This document shows positions 1 to 20,647 of a stretch of 50,189 nt of DNA, in pieces (position 1 is the stretch's first letter; the number at the start of each line of letters is the position of its first letter). Origin of the DNA: Myxococcales bacterium (GTDB taxonomy: Bacteria > Myxococcota_A > UBA9042). A program made the position numbers and the translations under genes. The notes beneath the pieces were generated by a model, which had not been told where the DNA came from, searched no databases, and worked only from the letters and a program-made list of their open reading frames with translations. The stretch is taken from NCBI GenBank assembly GCA_037441385.1, contig JBBISH010000035.1, positions 1 through 50,189 of the forward strand, read 5' to 3'.

Positions 1-2
1 TC

Positions 3-1121
3 GAGATCTACGCGGCAGCCGGCAACACACCCGGCCTGTGCGAGGGCTTGTCGTGCGGCTGGGTACCGGGCGATTTCTACTGCAAGTTCGCCACACCCCA
101 GGGGCTAACCGGCGAATACCAGGACCGGATCTTCAAGAGGCCCAGTCCATTCGGAAAATTCACAGACGTGACCAGCACTTGGCAACCCTATCCCGGCGGC
201 CTGGCGCCGGCCGCAACCTTCCTCGACGCCGACCGCGACGGCGACAGCGACATGCTGATCGGCAACGATTTTGGCGATCACTTCTTGTGGATCAACGACA
301 AGGGCAAGATGACCCGCTACGACAAGCAAGTCGGGTTCTTGCCCTACGCGCACGCCATGGGTTGGGGCATCGGCGATTTCGATCGCGACGGCCGCGACGA
401 CCTGATGCTGGCCGACGCCGGCCCGGTGCCGCTCTACATGGGCGTGGTGCCGGCCGCCGGTTTGCCCGCCCAGTATCAAGAGCAGGGGCTCAAGTGGGGC
501 GTCGCGGCCGCCACTCACGACACGGTGGTCTGGGATCCGCTCGTGGTCGATTTTGACCAAGACGGTTGGCAAGACGTCTGGCTCGGCGCGGCCGCCATGG
601 CCCCCGGCGGCGGCATCGCCGACTCCGGCATGTGCAAAATGCCCAAGAATCCTCCGGCCCAGCGCGACGTGCTGCTCCACAATACCGGGCAAAGCAGCTT
701 CCAAGCCCAGGTCGGCCCGATTCCGCAGGATCAAGACATTGGCTTTGCGGCCTGTCCGCAATCGGTGTTCGACCTCGACGACGACGGCGACCTGGACATC
801 ATCCAGGTCCGCCGCGGCGGCGCCCTGCACATCTACCGCAACGATTCCGCGGAGCCCAAGACCGCCGTGCGGGTGCGCCTTAAGGGCAAGGCCGGCAATA
901 CGGCGGTGGTGGGCGCGTGGCTCAGCGCCCAAGTGGGCTCGATCACGATGATCCGCCACATCACCGGCAACACGGGCTACGGTGGCGCCGGCAACTGGTT
1001 CGCCCACTTTGGCCTGGGCCCGGCGACCAAGATCGACGTGCTGACCATTCATTGGCCGGGCGGCGCGACCAACACCGTCACCGACATCCCGGCGGGCAGC
1101 AAGATCACAGTATCGCCGTAG
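3..1121 (+). CDS. CRTAC1-like FG-GAP repeat protein with C-terminal ASPIC/UnbV domain (5'-truncated by window edge)
   Basis: Frame is open from position 3. Repeated DxDxDG motifs (DADRDGDSD, DFDRDGRDD, DFDQDGWQD, DLDDDGDLD); C-terminal 'AHFGLG..KIDVLTIHWPGG' typical of ASPIC/UnbV. Confidence 0.85.
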   Translation, partial: EIYAAAGNTPGLCEGLSCGWVPGDFYCKFATPQGLTGEYQDRIFKRPSPFGKFTDVTSTWQPYPGGLAPAATFLDADRDGDSDMLIGNDFGDHFLWINDKGKMTRYDKQVGFLPYAHAMGWGIGDFDRDGRDDLMLADAGPVPLYMGVVPAAGLPAQYQEQGLKWGVAAATHDTVVWDPLVVDFDQDGWQDVWLGAAAMAPGGGIADSGMCKMPKNPPAQRDVLLHNTGQSSFQAQVGPIPQDQDIGFAACPQSVFDLDDDGDLDIIQVRRGGALHIYRNDSAEPKTAVRVRLKGKAGNTAVVGAWLSAQVGSITMIRHITGNTGYGGAGNWFAHFGLGPATKIDVLTIHWPGGATNTVTDIPAGSKITVSP

Positions 1122-1145
1122 CCCATCCTGGCGGCCGCGCGCACC

Positions 1146-1202
1146 TGACAGTTTGCGTCACCACGTGACAATTTCCGCCAGCCCCAGCGACAAATTTCGT
1201 CA
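1146..1202. promoter_or_regulatory. Three phased imperfect palindromes, putative enhancer-binding-protein UAS
   Basis: TGACAgtttgCGTCA (1146-1160), TGACAatttcCGCCA (1166-1180), CGACAaatttCGTCA (1188-1202); spacing 20 and 22 bp; 90-140 bp upstream of a -24/-12 motif. Confidence 0.55.
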
Positions 1203-1288
1203 ACTGCGCGTCACCACTTGGCGGTTCACACAATACACATTGTGAATATTGCTTGGCTTATACGTAGTTGGTTGACGCAGTGCAGCAT

Positions 1289-1304
1289 TGGCACGGGTCT
1301 AGCA
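1289..1304 (+). promoter_or_regulatory. Sigma-54 (-24/-12) promoter
   Basis: TGGCACGGGTCTAGCA: GG-N10-GC spacing, one mismatch to TGGCACG-N4-TTGCW; preceded by an AT-rich tract. Confidence 0.65.
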
Positions 1305-1314
1305 AGGCCTACTA

Positions 1315-1394
1315 GTGGGGGATCACTTCGAACCCTCCGCTGTGCGGTTCGCGGCAAGTTGCCGGGGGTCCACAGCGGAGGGTTCGGAGTTTTT
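1315..1394 (+). ncRNA. Candidate ~80-nt small RNA (long hairpin plus T-tract)
   Basis: Perfect 16-bp inverted repeat CGAACCCTCCGCTGTG (1329-1344) / CACAGCGGAGGGTTCG (1371-1386), inner CGGCAA-g-TTGCCG repeat, then TTTTT (1390-1394); begins at the expected +1 of the sigma-54 motif. Confidence 0.45.
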
Positions 1395-1471
1395 GGCGTA
1401 CTGCGCTTTTCCCGGCGCCTGCGCTACCATCGCAGCCGGCCCGCAAGTTGTCGCCGGCCGGCAAGCGCACC

Positions 1472-2887
1472 ATGAGCGACCCGCCCCAACTCGATCCCGC
1501 CCCGTCTCCACATCGCTGGACGCCTGCGCTGGTCGCCGCGGTGGTGGCTGCCGCGTTGGCCATGCTGTGGTGGCTGTCGTCCGTCTTTGTTCCCGTGGGC
1601 CTGGGCTTGCTTTTGGCCTATTTGCTGGCTCCAGCCGTCGATCGCCTGCAACCCAAGCTGGGTTCGCGGGCCCGTGCGGCGCTGCTGCTCATCGGCGGCG
1701 TGCTGGTTTTGACGCTGGCCGCCTTGGCGGCGGCAACGCCGATCCTCGTCCGCGAGGCGCGACACTGGGGGGCGGCCGTGGCGGGCGAGGGCAACCCCGA
1801 GGTCGCCAAGCGCCTGGACGCCATGCAACACTACGGCGCCTACCTCGATCCAGAGACCGACACCTGGAACGTGCGCGATCTCCTCGCCCAGGCCAGGCAA
1901 AAGGGCGCCCCGCAGAGCGTTCTGGACTTGGTGGCGCAGGCAACGCCGGCCGCGAGCAATGGTGAACTGGAACTGGCCGAGGCGCTTGGCGATCGCGACG
2001 GCGACGGCTGGCTGGACCCCGGCTACGGTCGGCGCTGGCGCCAACTGAGCCGCGATCGCCGCACCTGGCTGGGCAGCGGCATCGCACGGCTGGACAAAAG
2101 CGGGATCCCGGCCGAGGTCGATCGTTGGGCGCGCAGCGCGCTGGCCAAAGACCGCTTGAGCAAGCTGCTGGGTGGCGACACGCTTTCTACCGCCGGCGAC
2201 GTGGGCATGCGCATCCTTGGCTCGGTGCGCGAGGCGGTGGCCACGGTCAGCAGTTTCCTCTTGGCCGCAGTGCTCATCCCGGTCTACGCGTTCTTCTTTG
2301 CCCTGGCCTTGCCCAGGTGGCGTAACCGCTGGCCGGCCTACGTACCCAGCCGTTCGCGGGCCCTGTGGCAGCGCGTGGCCCACCGCATCGGGACATCGAT
2401 CGCGGGCTTCCTGCGCGGACGCGTGATCGTCTGCCTCATCGTCGGCCTGATCACTGCCGCTGGCTGGTGGGCCTTGGGGGTTCGCTTGGGCGTGCTTCTG
2501 GGCTTGGCGACCGGTGCCCTGACGCTCATTCCGCTGGCGAGCGTGCTCGCCTTTGTGCCCGTGGTACTGATGGGTCTGATCGACGTCGCCACCGATGTGC
2601 ACGGCTGGGCCTGGTTGGCTGGGGTTTCCGCCATCTACCTCGTGGGCCAGGTGGCCGACAGTGTCCTCAACCCGATCATCGTCGGCGATGCGGTGGATCT
2701 GGACATGATGACGATGATCATCGCCCTGCTCGCTGGCGGCGCGGCCTTTGGCATGATCGGCCTGCTCATCGCCGTGCCGGCCGCGGCGACCCTGCGCATC
2801 TTGGCCCACGAAGTGATCCTACCCAACTGGCGCGCGTGGGCGGGCCGCGGCGACGACGCCGAACCCCCAAGCGATTCGCCTGGATAG
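1472..2887 (+). CDS. AI-2E (PerM-like) family transporter with a large hydrophilic insertion
   Basis: Multiple TM segments; 'LLLAYLLAPAVDRL', 'GFLRGRVIVCLIVG', 'VLNPIIVGDAVDL', 'GLLIAVPAAA' match the AI-2E pattern; ATG at 1472. Confidence 0.85.
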   Translation: MSDPPQLDPAPSPHRWTPALVAAVVAAALAMLWWLSSVFVPVGLGLLLAYLLAPAVDRLQPKLGSRARAALLLIGGVLVLTLAALAAATPILVREARHWGAAVAGEGNPEVAKRLDAMQHYGAYLDPETDTWNVRDLLAQARQKGAPQSVLDLVAQATPAASNGELELAEALGDRDGDGWLDPGYGRRWRQLSRDRRTWLGSGIARLDKSGIPAEVDRWARSALAKDRLSKLLGGDTLSTAGDVGMRILGSVREAVATVSSFLLAAVLIPVYAFFFALALPRWRNRWPAYVPSRSRALWQRVAHRIGTSIAGFLRGRVIVCLIVGLITAAGWWALGVRLGVLLGLATGALTLIPLASVLAFVPVVLMGLIDVATDVHGWAWLAGVSAIYLVGQVADSVLNPIIVGDAVDLDMMTMIIALLAGGAAFGMIGLLIAVPAAATLRILAHEVILPNWRAWAGRGDDAEPPSDSPG

Positions 2888-3013
2888 CTCGGCCCCGATC
2901 CCCGCACCCTCGATCCTCCAGCCGGGCGCTCTGTCGCACCCCTGCGCACCGCGGTTCGCGCCCAAAGAGTTGCGGCCGTTTTCGATTCCATTTTGGCGGA
3001 ATTGGGCGCTGGC

Positions 3014-3120
3014 GAAATCCGCGCGTTTCGTCGGATTCGAGCCGACTTCCTCTCCTGATTCTCGCCTGTTGCAGAACGTGTCACAGAAACCGTACGGGTG
3101 CGAACCGGCTGGGGTGCGTA
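3014..3120 (+). repeat. Dispersed intergenic repeat, copy 1
   Basis: Core CTGATTCTCGCCTGTTGCAGAACG (3055-3078) is 23/24 identical to the reverse complement of 4812-4835; flanks are collinear with copies 2 and 3. Boundaries approximate. Confidence 0.7.
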
Positions 3121-3433
3121 GCACGTGCCACGCCAAGGCGCTCAGGGCCTGGGTCGCCACGCGCGGGTTGTGGGGTCGCGGCGCGGGCAGAGTGCCCTTT
3201 GGGGCAGGCCGACCGGCAGACCTTCCGTGTGTCGATCGGTATTCAGTGGTCCCCCTAAACCCGAGCAATGCGTCTGTAGCAAAATGGTCACATCACGAGT
3301 TTTCACTGGCCGAGACCGTGGCAGTTCGCTACACTTGCAGACAGGCGAGGTGGTTCTGCCGCAGCCAAGGCAGACTCTGCAGGACCCGATCCCCCGCCCG
3401 CCAAAGTCACTGCTAGCCGCAACGGAGACCCAA

Positions 3434-3808
3434 ATGCCACGTCGCCATGGAGATCAAGAGGTTGCCAACGAAATTGCCAGTTCGCTCGGGCGCCGCCTGC
3501 GCTACCTGCGCCAACACTCCGGCTGGACCCAAGCCCATGTGAGCGCCAGCGTCAGCCTGACGCCCGAAGCGTACGCGCGCCTGGAGCGCGGGCGCTCGCT
3601 GCCCAGCTTCCCCACGCTGCTGCGCCTGGCCAACACCATGGGTGTCACCGTCGACGCATTGCTCGGCGAGGCGCAGCACCAAATCCACGGCGGCGACCAA
3701 GCCGAGCCGTTGGTTCAGGATCTCGCCCTCGAGATGGCGGTGCTCAACCCCAGCGCGCGCGAGTCGATTCGTTCGCTGATTCGCCAGTTCAGCGCCCGCG
3801 CCGCGTAG
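3434..3808 (+). CDS. XRE-family helix-turn-helix transcriptional regulator
   Basis: GGAG RBS then ATG 3434; 'LGRRLRYLRQHSGWTQAHVS..YARLERGRSLPSFPTLLRLA' is a classic HTH_3 pattern. Confidence 0.9.
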   Translation: MPRRHGDQEVANEIASSLGRRLRYLRQHSGWTQAHVSASVSLTPEAYARLERGRSLPSFPTLLRLANTMGVTVDALLGEAQHQIHGGDQAEPLVQDLALEMAVLNPSARESIRSLIRQFSARAA

Positions 3809-3886
3809 GTAAGAAATGCCAAGGGGGCGCGCCGCCCCCTGCGACCCCGCCCGTGGGCCGGTTCGGCATGTTGAATGGAGACGCGT

Positions 3887-4013
3887 CCGTTCGAATCGGC
3901 TCGAAACCCCGTGCATTTTCTTCGGGCTTGAGCCGAGGTCGACTGCCCATTCTCGCCGGTTGCAGACTGGGCTGCTGCATTCGCATGGGCGCGAATCCGG
4001 TTGGGGTTCGTAT
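3887..4013 (+). repeat. Dispersed intergenic repeat, copy 2
   Basis: Core ATTCTCGCCGGTTGCAGA at 3949-3966; upstream TCCGTTCGAATCGGCTCGAAA also matches the reverse complement of ~4942-4962. Confidence 0.65.
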
Positions 4014-4091
4014 CTTGGTGCAATTCCTAGCGAGTGCCGGAGCGTCCGCTATACTGCGCGGCACGGCCAGATCGGTCGCCGCAGGATTGCC

Positions 4092-4523
4092 GTGTCGATC
4101 ACCTGTGATTGGGTCAGTGCCTGCCAGATGGCCATCATCGACCGCATGAGCGGTCGCGTGACCTTGGTGCACGTCCTGGATGCCGTCGCCTCCCAGCGAT
4201 TCCCGGCCCAAATTCCAACGTTTCATGTCGTGGCCTCGTGGCAGAACCACACCGAGATGGTGACCCGCGCGCGCTTGCAGCTCTCGATCGAGGAGTTCGG
4301 CGGCGAGACCACGACGATCTTGACCGACGAAGAAGTCGCGTTCGCGGGCCGCACCTCGCACCGCTCCGTGTGCATCGTCCAGTCGCTGACGGTGTTGCGA
4401 CCTGGGGCATACCGCGTGGTGGCGCGCTGGCAAGCCGTAGGCAGCGACGGTTGGATCGTCGCCGGTGCGCACCCGTTTTCGGTCAACACTTCGGCCGCGC
4501 CCGCGGGACCGGCCATGGCCTAG
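4092..4523 (+). CDS. Hypothetical beta-rich protein (DUF6941-like)
   Basis: AGGA RBS, GTG 4092; coding-like GC3; 'C..A..D..G.V.LV.V.D.V....FP' start and 'PGAYRV' end resemble DUF6941 proteins from memory. Confidence 0.6.
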   Translation: MSITCDWVSACQMAIIDRMSGRVTLVHVLDAVASQRFPAQIPTFHVVASWQNHTEMVTRARLQLSIEEFGGETTTILTDEEVAFAGRTSHRSVCIVQSLTVLRPGAYRVVARWQAVGSDGWIVAGAHPFSVNTSAAPAGPAMA

Positions 4524-4769
4524 TCCAACGGCCCGCCGTCACCAAGCGCCAATACCCCACATTCGCTTGCTTTTTCTCGGTTGCGGCGAGCCGGCGTGCC
4601 GGACTTCTCGACCCAGCGCAGCCGAACTTGTTATGCTGCGGCAGCCGTCGAAGTCGGAATGCAGGATCTTGCCGCGACTCGCGACGGGGTGGACCACGAA
4701 CCGCGCGCCGTTCCCGCAGGAGTTGGGTGGGGTGCAACGGAGCCTCGATGCGCCGCGACAGCCAAGGGA

Positions 4770-4963
4770 TGCCCACGCCAGCCATTTCGCGCCTGTGCAG
4801 TTTCGCGGGGCCGTTCTGCAACCGGCGAGAATCAGAGGGGGCCCCTGGTCTTGGCCCGAGAAGATGCGCGGCCTTCCGACTCGATTGGAGTGGATCCGGT
4901 AGGATACGAACTCCGGTTCGGACCCGAAGAATTGCCCAAGTTTTCGGGCCGATTCGAACGGAT
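4770..4963 (-). repeat. Dispersed intergenic repeat, copy 3 (inverted, with an extra ~65-bp unit)
   Basis: CGTTCTGCAACCGGCGAGAATCAG at 4812-4835 is the reverse complement of the core in copies 1 and 2. Confidence 0.7.
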
Positions 4964-4968
4964 TCCGT

Positions 4969-7900
4969 ATGATCCTGCCCGCGCTGCGCCGGCCCCTGCG
5001 CCCCCCGTCGCGCCTTGGCCTGTTGGCGTGGCTGGTTGCCTCGGCCAGCTGTACGGCGCCGCCGCCCTACCACATCGCCGACGACGACAAAGCCGCGGCG
5101 GACGCGACACTGGCCGACACGGCTGCGGACGCCGCTCAGGATGCAGCGGCGGCTCACGATCTCGCTGTGGCCCCGGACGAGGTCGACAGCGAGGTCGCCG
5201 AGGACGTCGCAGCGGCGGAGAATGACCTCGTCCCCGCAGACCAAACCGCGGACGACAATGGCCCAGACAGCGCCGACGGAGCGAGCGCAGCCGACGCAGT
5301 CCTGGACGCAATCCTGGACGCAAGCGCAGGTGAACCAGGGGATTCCAAGGCCGAGACAACCCTGGAGGACGCGAGCGAGCCGTTGGCCGAAGTCAGCCCC
5401 CCTGCGGACACAACCGCCACCGCATGGCCAGACGCGCAAGCGCAGGACGCGGAGGCGGACGCACTCGCGCCGGACAGCGACGGCGGTCCCACGTGCAGCG
5501 CCAGCGACCTCGCCAACTTGGTATGCCCCAAGGCTGGTGTGTGCGTGGCCCTGGCGGCGGCCTGCCAAGACGGCGCTCCCGTATGCAACTACGCCGGCTT
5601 GGCGAACTACCAGGCCGTCGAGACGGCGTGCGACGGGCTGGACAACGACTGCGACGGCCAGGTCGATTGGATGGCTGCTGCCCCGCCCAAGGCGCCTTTG
5701 CCGGGCGTGTGTGGCCTGCAGTTGATGATTTGTGGAGGCGAAAGCGGCTGGCTGCTGCCCGATCCCCTCCTGGCCCCAGCCCACCAAGCGGTCGAAACCT
5801 GGTGCGATGGCCTGGACAATGACTGCGATGGCGCCACCGACGCCGGCCTCACCAAAACCAACAGCCTGGTCATGGGGGTGTGCGCCACGGTGCCGCTGCC
5901 ATGCGTGCAGGGCGAGTGGTTGGCACCCGACTACACAGTCGCCGGCGTGGCCTACGAGCCGACCGAGACCGCATGCGACGGCTTGGACAACGACTGCGAC
6001 GGCGTGACCGACGTCCTCACGGGTCCGCCGCCGCCCGCCAGCCTTGCCAAAGGCGTCTGCACCGGTTTGACCAAGTGGTGTGCCGGCGAATTGGGCTGGC
6101 AAGACCCAGACCTGGCGCTGGTGGTCGGCTATGCCATGGGGCCAGAGACCACCTGCGACGGTCTGGACAACGACTGCGACGGCCAAACCGACGAGGACAC
6201 AAGCTGTTCTCGCTGGCAACTGGGTGGCGGTGGGCCAGGACGCCTCGCCCTTTCGGCCGACGGCCAGCGCTTGGCGTGGTTGACCCACTCCGGCGTCCTG
6301 TGGCTGGACACGGCCACTGGGACCATGGTGGGCGCCGACTTGGGCCGCGACGGCTTTGCGGCCGACGTCGCCATCTCACCAAGCGGCAAGCAGGTCGCCA
6401 GCGTGGGCACAGGCGAGACTTTGCGCGTTGTCCAAGCCGATTCCGCTGGCATGCCAGGCACTTGGTCCACCGTGCAGAGTTGGGGAGCGACCCCACCCTG
6501 GACCTCCGTCGCATGGGCCCCCGATGGCGCCACCCTGGTCGCGGGCGACAGCAAGGGCCAAGTGTGGTGGTGGCCCCCGCAAGGACAAGCGCCGCAGCTC
6601 CTTGCAGGCCACACCAGCGCGGTGACCGCGATCGGGGTGGCAACGGCGGCCGCGGGCGCCAGTTGGCTGGTTTCGGCCGATGCGGGCGGCCAAGTGCGGG
6701 CGCGACCGTGGCCCGCGGGCACCGTCAAGACAGTGGCCAGTCTGTCGGCGCCGGTCTTGCGCCTGGCCACGGACACCCACGGTCGGGTGGCCGTGACCGC
6801 CGACGCGCAACCTGGCCGGGTCATCGACTTGACCAGCGGTAAACTCCTCTTTGCGCTGCAGGTTGCCGACGCCGTCGCGTCGCTAAGGTTCGCGTCCGAC
6901 GATCAGTCGGTCTGGGGTGTGGGCGCCAGCGGTCATGTGTACCAGTGGCCCACGCCGGTCGTCGGCGGCGCAGCCAGCCCCGGCGCCGCACAGGTCCTCG
7001 CGGCGCCCAACTGGCCAGCCGGAGACGCCGCGGCCGATCTAGTATTGGGGCAGGGCATGGTCTACATCGCGGCCCAAAAGTCAGGCGTGTGGCGGCGCCC
7101 GCTTGGCGATGGCGAATGGCAGCACCTGGGCGGCGGCCACCTGGGCGAGGTGAGATCCCTGGCCTGCAGCGGCGCCGCGTGTCTTTCCGGTGGCGACGAC
7201 AGCGCCGTGCGCCGCCTCTCGGTCGCTGGGCTCGAGGCGGGCGCCTTGTTGGGGCACGACGGCCCGGTGCTCGCGGTGGCGGCGTGGCCACAAGGGGCAG
7301 TGACCGCAGGTGCGGACTACACCGTCCGCCTTTGGGACATCGCGTCCGCGGCGACACCCATCAATTTTGCCACCTTTGGTCTGGGCGGTCCGTGGGCCAA
7401 CGACCTGAGCCTAGCCGCAGACGCCCTGTCGTTTTGGGCTGCGGCCGGCCCGGCCGCCATGCGCATCGGGCTACAGGGCGGCAACGCGACCAAGAAACTG
7501 CAGGCCTGGTCCTCCAGCGGCCAAGTGATTCGAGTCGCGCTCCATCCAAACGACGCCGAGCTTGCCGTGGCGACCATCGGCCCAGGCAGCTCCGCCAGCT
7601 ACCGGGTCCTGTCCGCCGCCGATCTCACGACCGTCTGGCAACGCGACGATCTCCCCAGCGGCGAGCGCGCTCTGGCTTGGGCCGGCGATCGCCTGGCCGT
7701 CGCAGGTGGCGCCAACTACCTGAGCTTGCTCGACGCAACCAGTGGCGCCACGGTCCAAGAGCTGATCGGCCACCAGGGCGAGGTCACCAGCCTTGCCTGG
7801 CACGCTCCCAGCCAACGCCTCCTGTCGGCGAGCACCGACGGCACGGTCCGCATCTGGTCGGCGCCAGCCGGCAAACCAGCAATCCTGTTGGGAACATGGT

Positions 7901-8031
7901 CTCGCCATCTTCCGCTGCAGGGCAGCGTGGTGGTCCGCGCCGTGGCGTGGCTCGAGACGGCGACCGGCGAGGTGCTCGCCCTGTCCGCCAGTGCGGATGG
8001 CGGCGTCATGGCCTGGACGGCGCCAAAGTAG
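4969..8031 (+). CDS. Lipoprotein with acidic linker, four MopE-like Cys repeats and WD40 beta-propeller region
   Basis: Signal peptide ending 'SASC'; Asp/Ala-rich linker; 4x CDGLDNDCDG; WD40 motifs 'GHDGPVLAVA..TAGADYTVRLWD' and 'GHQGEVTSLAW..SASTDGTVRIW'. Confidence 0.85.
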   Translation: MILPALRRPLRPPSRLGLLAWLVASASCTAPPPYHIADDDKAAADATLADTAADAAQDAAAAHDLAVAPDEVDSEVAEDVAAAENDLVPADQTADDNGPDSADGASAADAVLDAILDASAGEPGDSKAETTLEDASEPLAEVSPPADTTATAWPDAQAQDAEADALAPDSDGGPTCSASDLANLVCPKAGVCVALAAACQDGAPVCNYAGLANYQAVETACDGLDNDCDGQVDWMAAAPPKAPLPGVCGLQLMICGGESGWLLPDPLLAPAHQAVETWCDGLDNDCDGATDAGLTKTNSLVMGVCATVPLPCVQGEWLAPDYTVAGVAYEPTETACDGLDNDCDGVTDVLTGPPPPASLAKGVCTGLTKWCAGELGWQDPDLALVVGYAMGPETTCDGLDNDCDGQTDEDTSCSRWQLGGGGPGRLALSADGQRLAWLTHSGVLWLDTATGTMVGADLGRDGFAADVAISPSGKQVASVGTGETLRVVQADSAGMPGTWSTVQSWGATPPWTSVAWAPDGATLVAGDSKGQVWWWPPQGQAPQLLAGHTSAVTAIGVATAAAGASWLVSADAGGQVRARPWPAGTVKTVASLSAPVLRLATDTHGRVAVTADAQPGRVIDLTSGKLLFALQVADAVASLRFASDDQSVWGVGASGHVYQWPTPVVGGAASPGAAQVLAAPNWPAGDAAADLVLGQGMVYIAAQKSGVWRRPLGDGEWQHLGGGHLGEVRSLACSGAACLSGGDDSAVRRLSVAGLEAGALLGHDGPVLAVAAWPQGAVTAGADYTVRLWDIASAATPINFATFGLGGPWANDLSLAADALSFWAAAGPAAMRIGLQGGNATKKLQAWSSSGQVIRVALHPNDAELAVATIGPGSSASYRVLSAADLTTVWQRDDLPSGERALAWAGDRLAVAGGANYLSLLDATSGATVQELIGHQGEVTSLAWHAPSQRLLSASTDGTVRIWSAPAGKPAILLGTWSRHLPLQGSVVVRAVAWLETATGEVLALSASADGGVMAWTAPK

Positions 8032-8122
8032 CCAACGCCGCCGCTTGCGGTCCACGGCCGCGTGCGCGACTGCGAACGCGGCAGTTCCCAATAGATATGA
8101 GACCTTGGTCCATGTCTTGAAG

Positions 8123-8196
8123 TCGGGGAGACAGGATTTGAACCTGCGACATTCTGCTCCCAAAGCAGATGCGCTACCAGACTGCGCTACTCCCCG
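8123..8196 (-). tRNA. tRNA-Pro (anticodon TGG), CCA not encoded
   Basis: Reverse complement CGGGGAGTAGCGCAGTCTGGTAGCGCATCTGCTTTGGGAGCAGAATGTCGCAGGTTCAAATCCTGTCTCCCCGA folds as a cloverleaf with anticodon loop TT-TGG-GA and T-loop GTTCAAATC. Confidence 0.97.
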
Positions 8197-8386
8197 AGGT
8201 TCGGAGCCGTTCAGCTGTGACCCAGCCAATCGGACCGGCGCGTAGCTTGCCGTTGCTCGGCGGTCGAGTCAAGCCGTCCGCCCAGTTTGTGCCGAAGTGC
8301 CGCCGTTTGGCTGGCCGTCGCCCAAGCCGCCGTGCGGGGCGCCGTCTGAGCGCGGTCCGCACGGGGCCTGAGCCGAGTCTTGCAGG

Positions 8387-20647
<12,261 letters not shown>

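Noticed and set aside
1315..1394. Identification of the candidate sRNA as Pxr or a known riboswitch
   Set aside because: I cannot recognise the sequence or multi-stem structure of those families; left unassigned pending an Rfam search.
8032..8196. tRNA-Pro as an island or prophage integration site
   Set aside because: No integrase and no duplicated tRNA 3' end noticed in the window.
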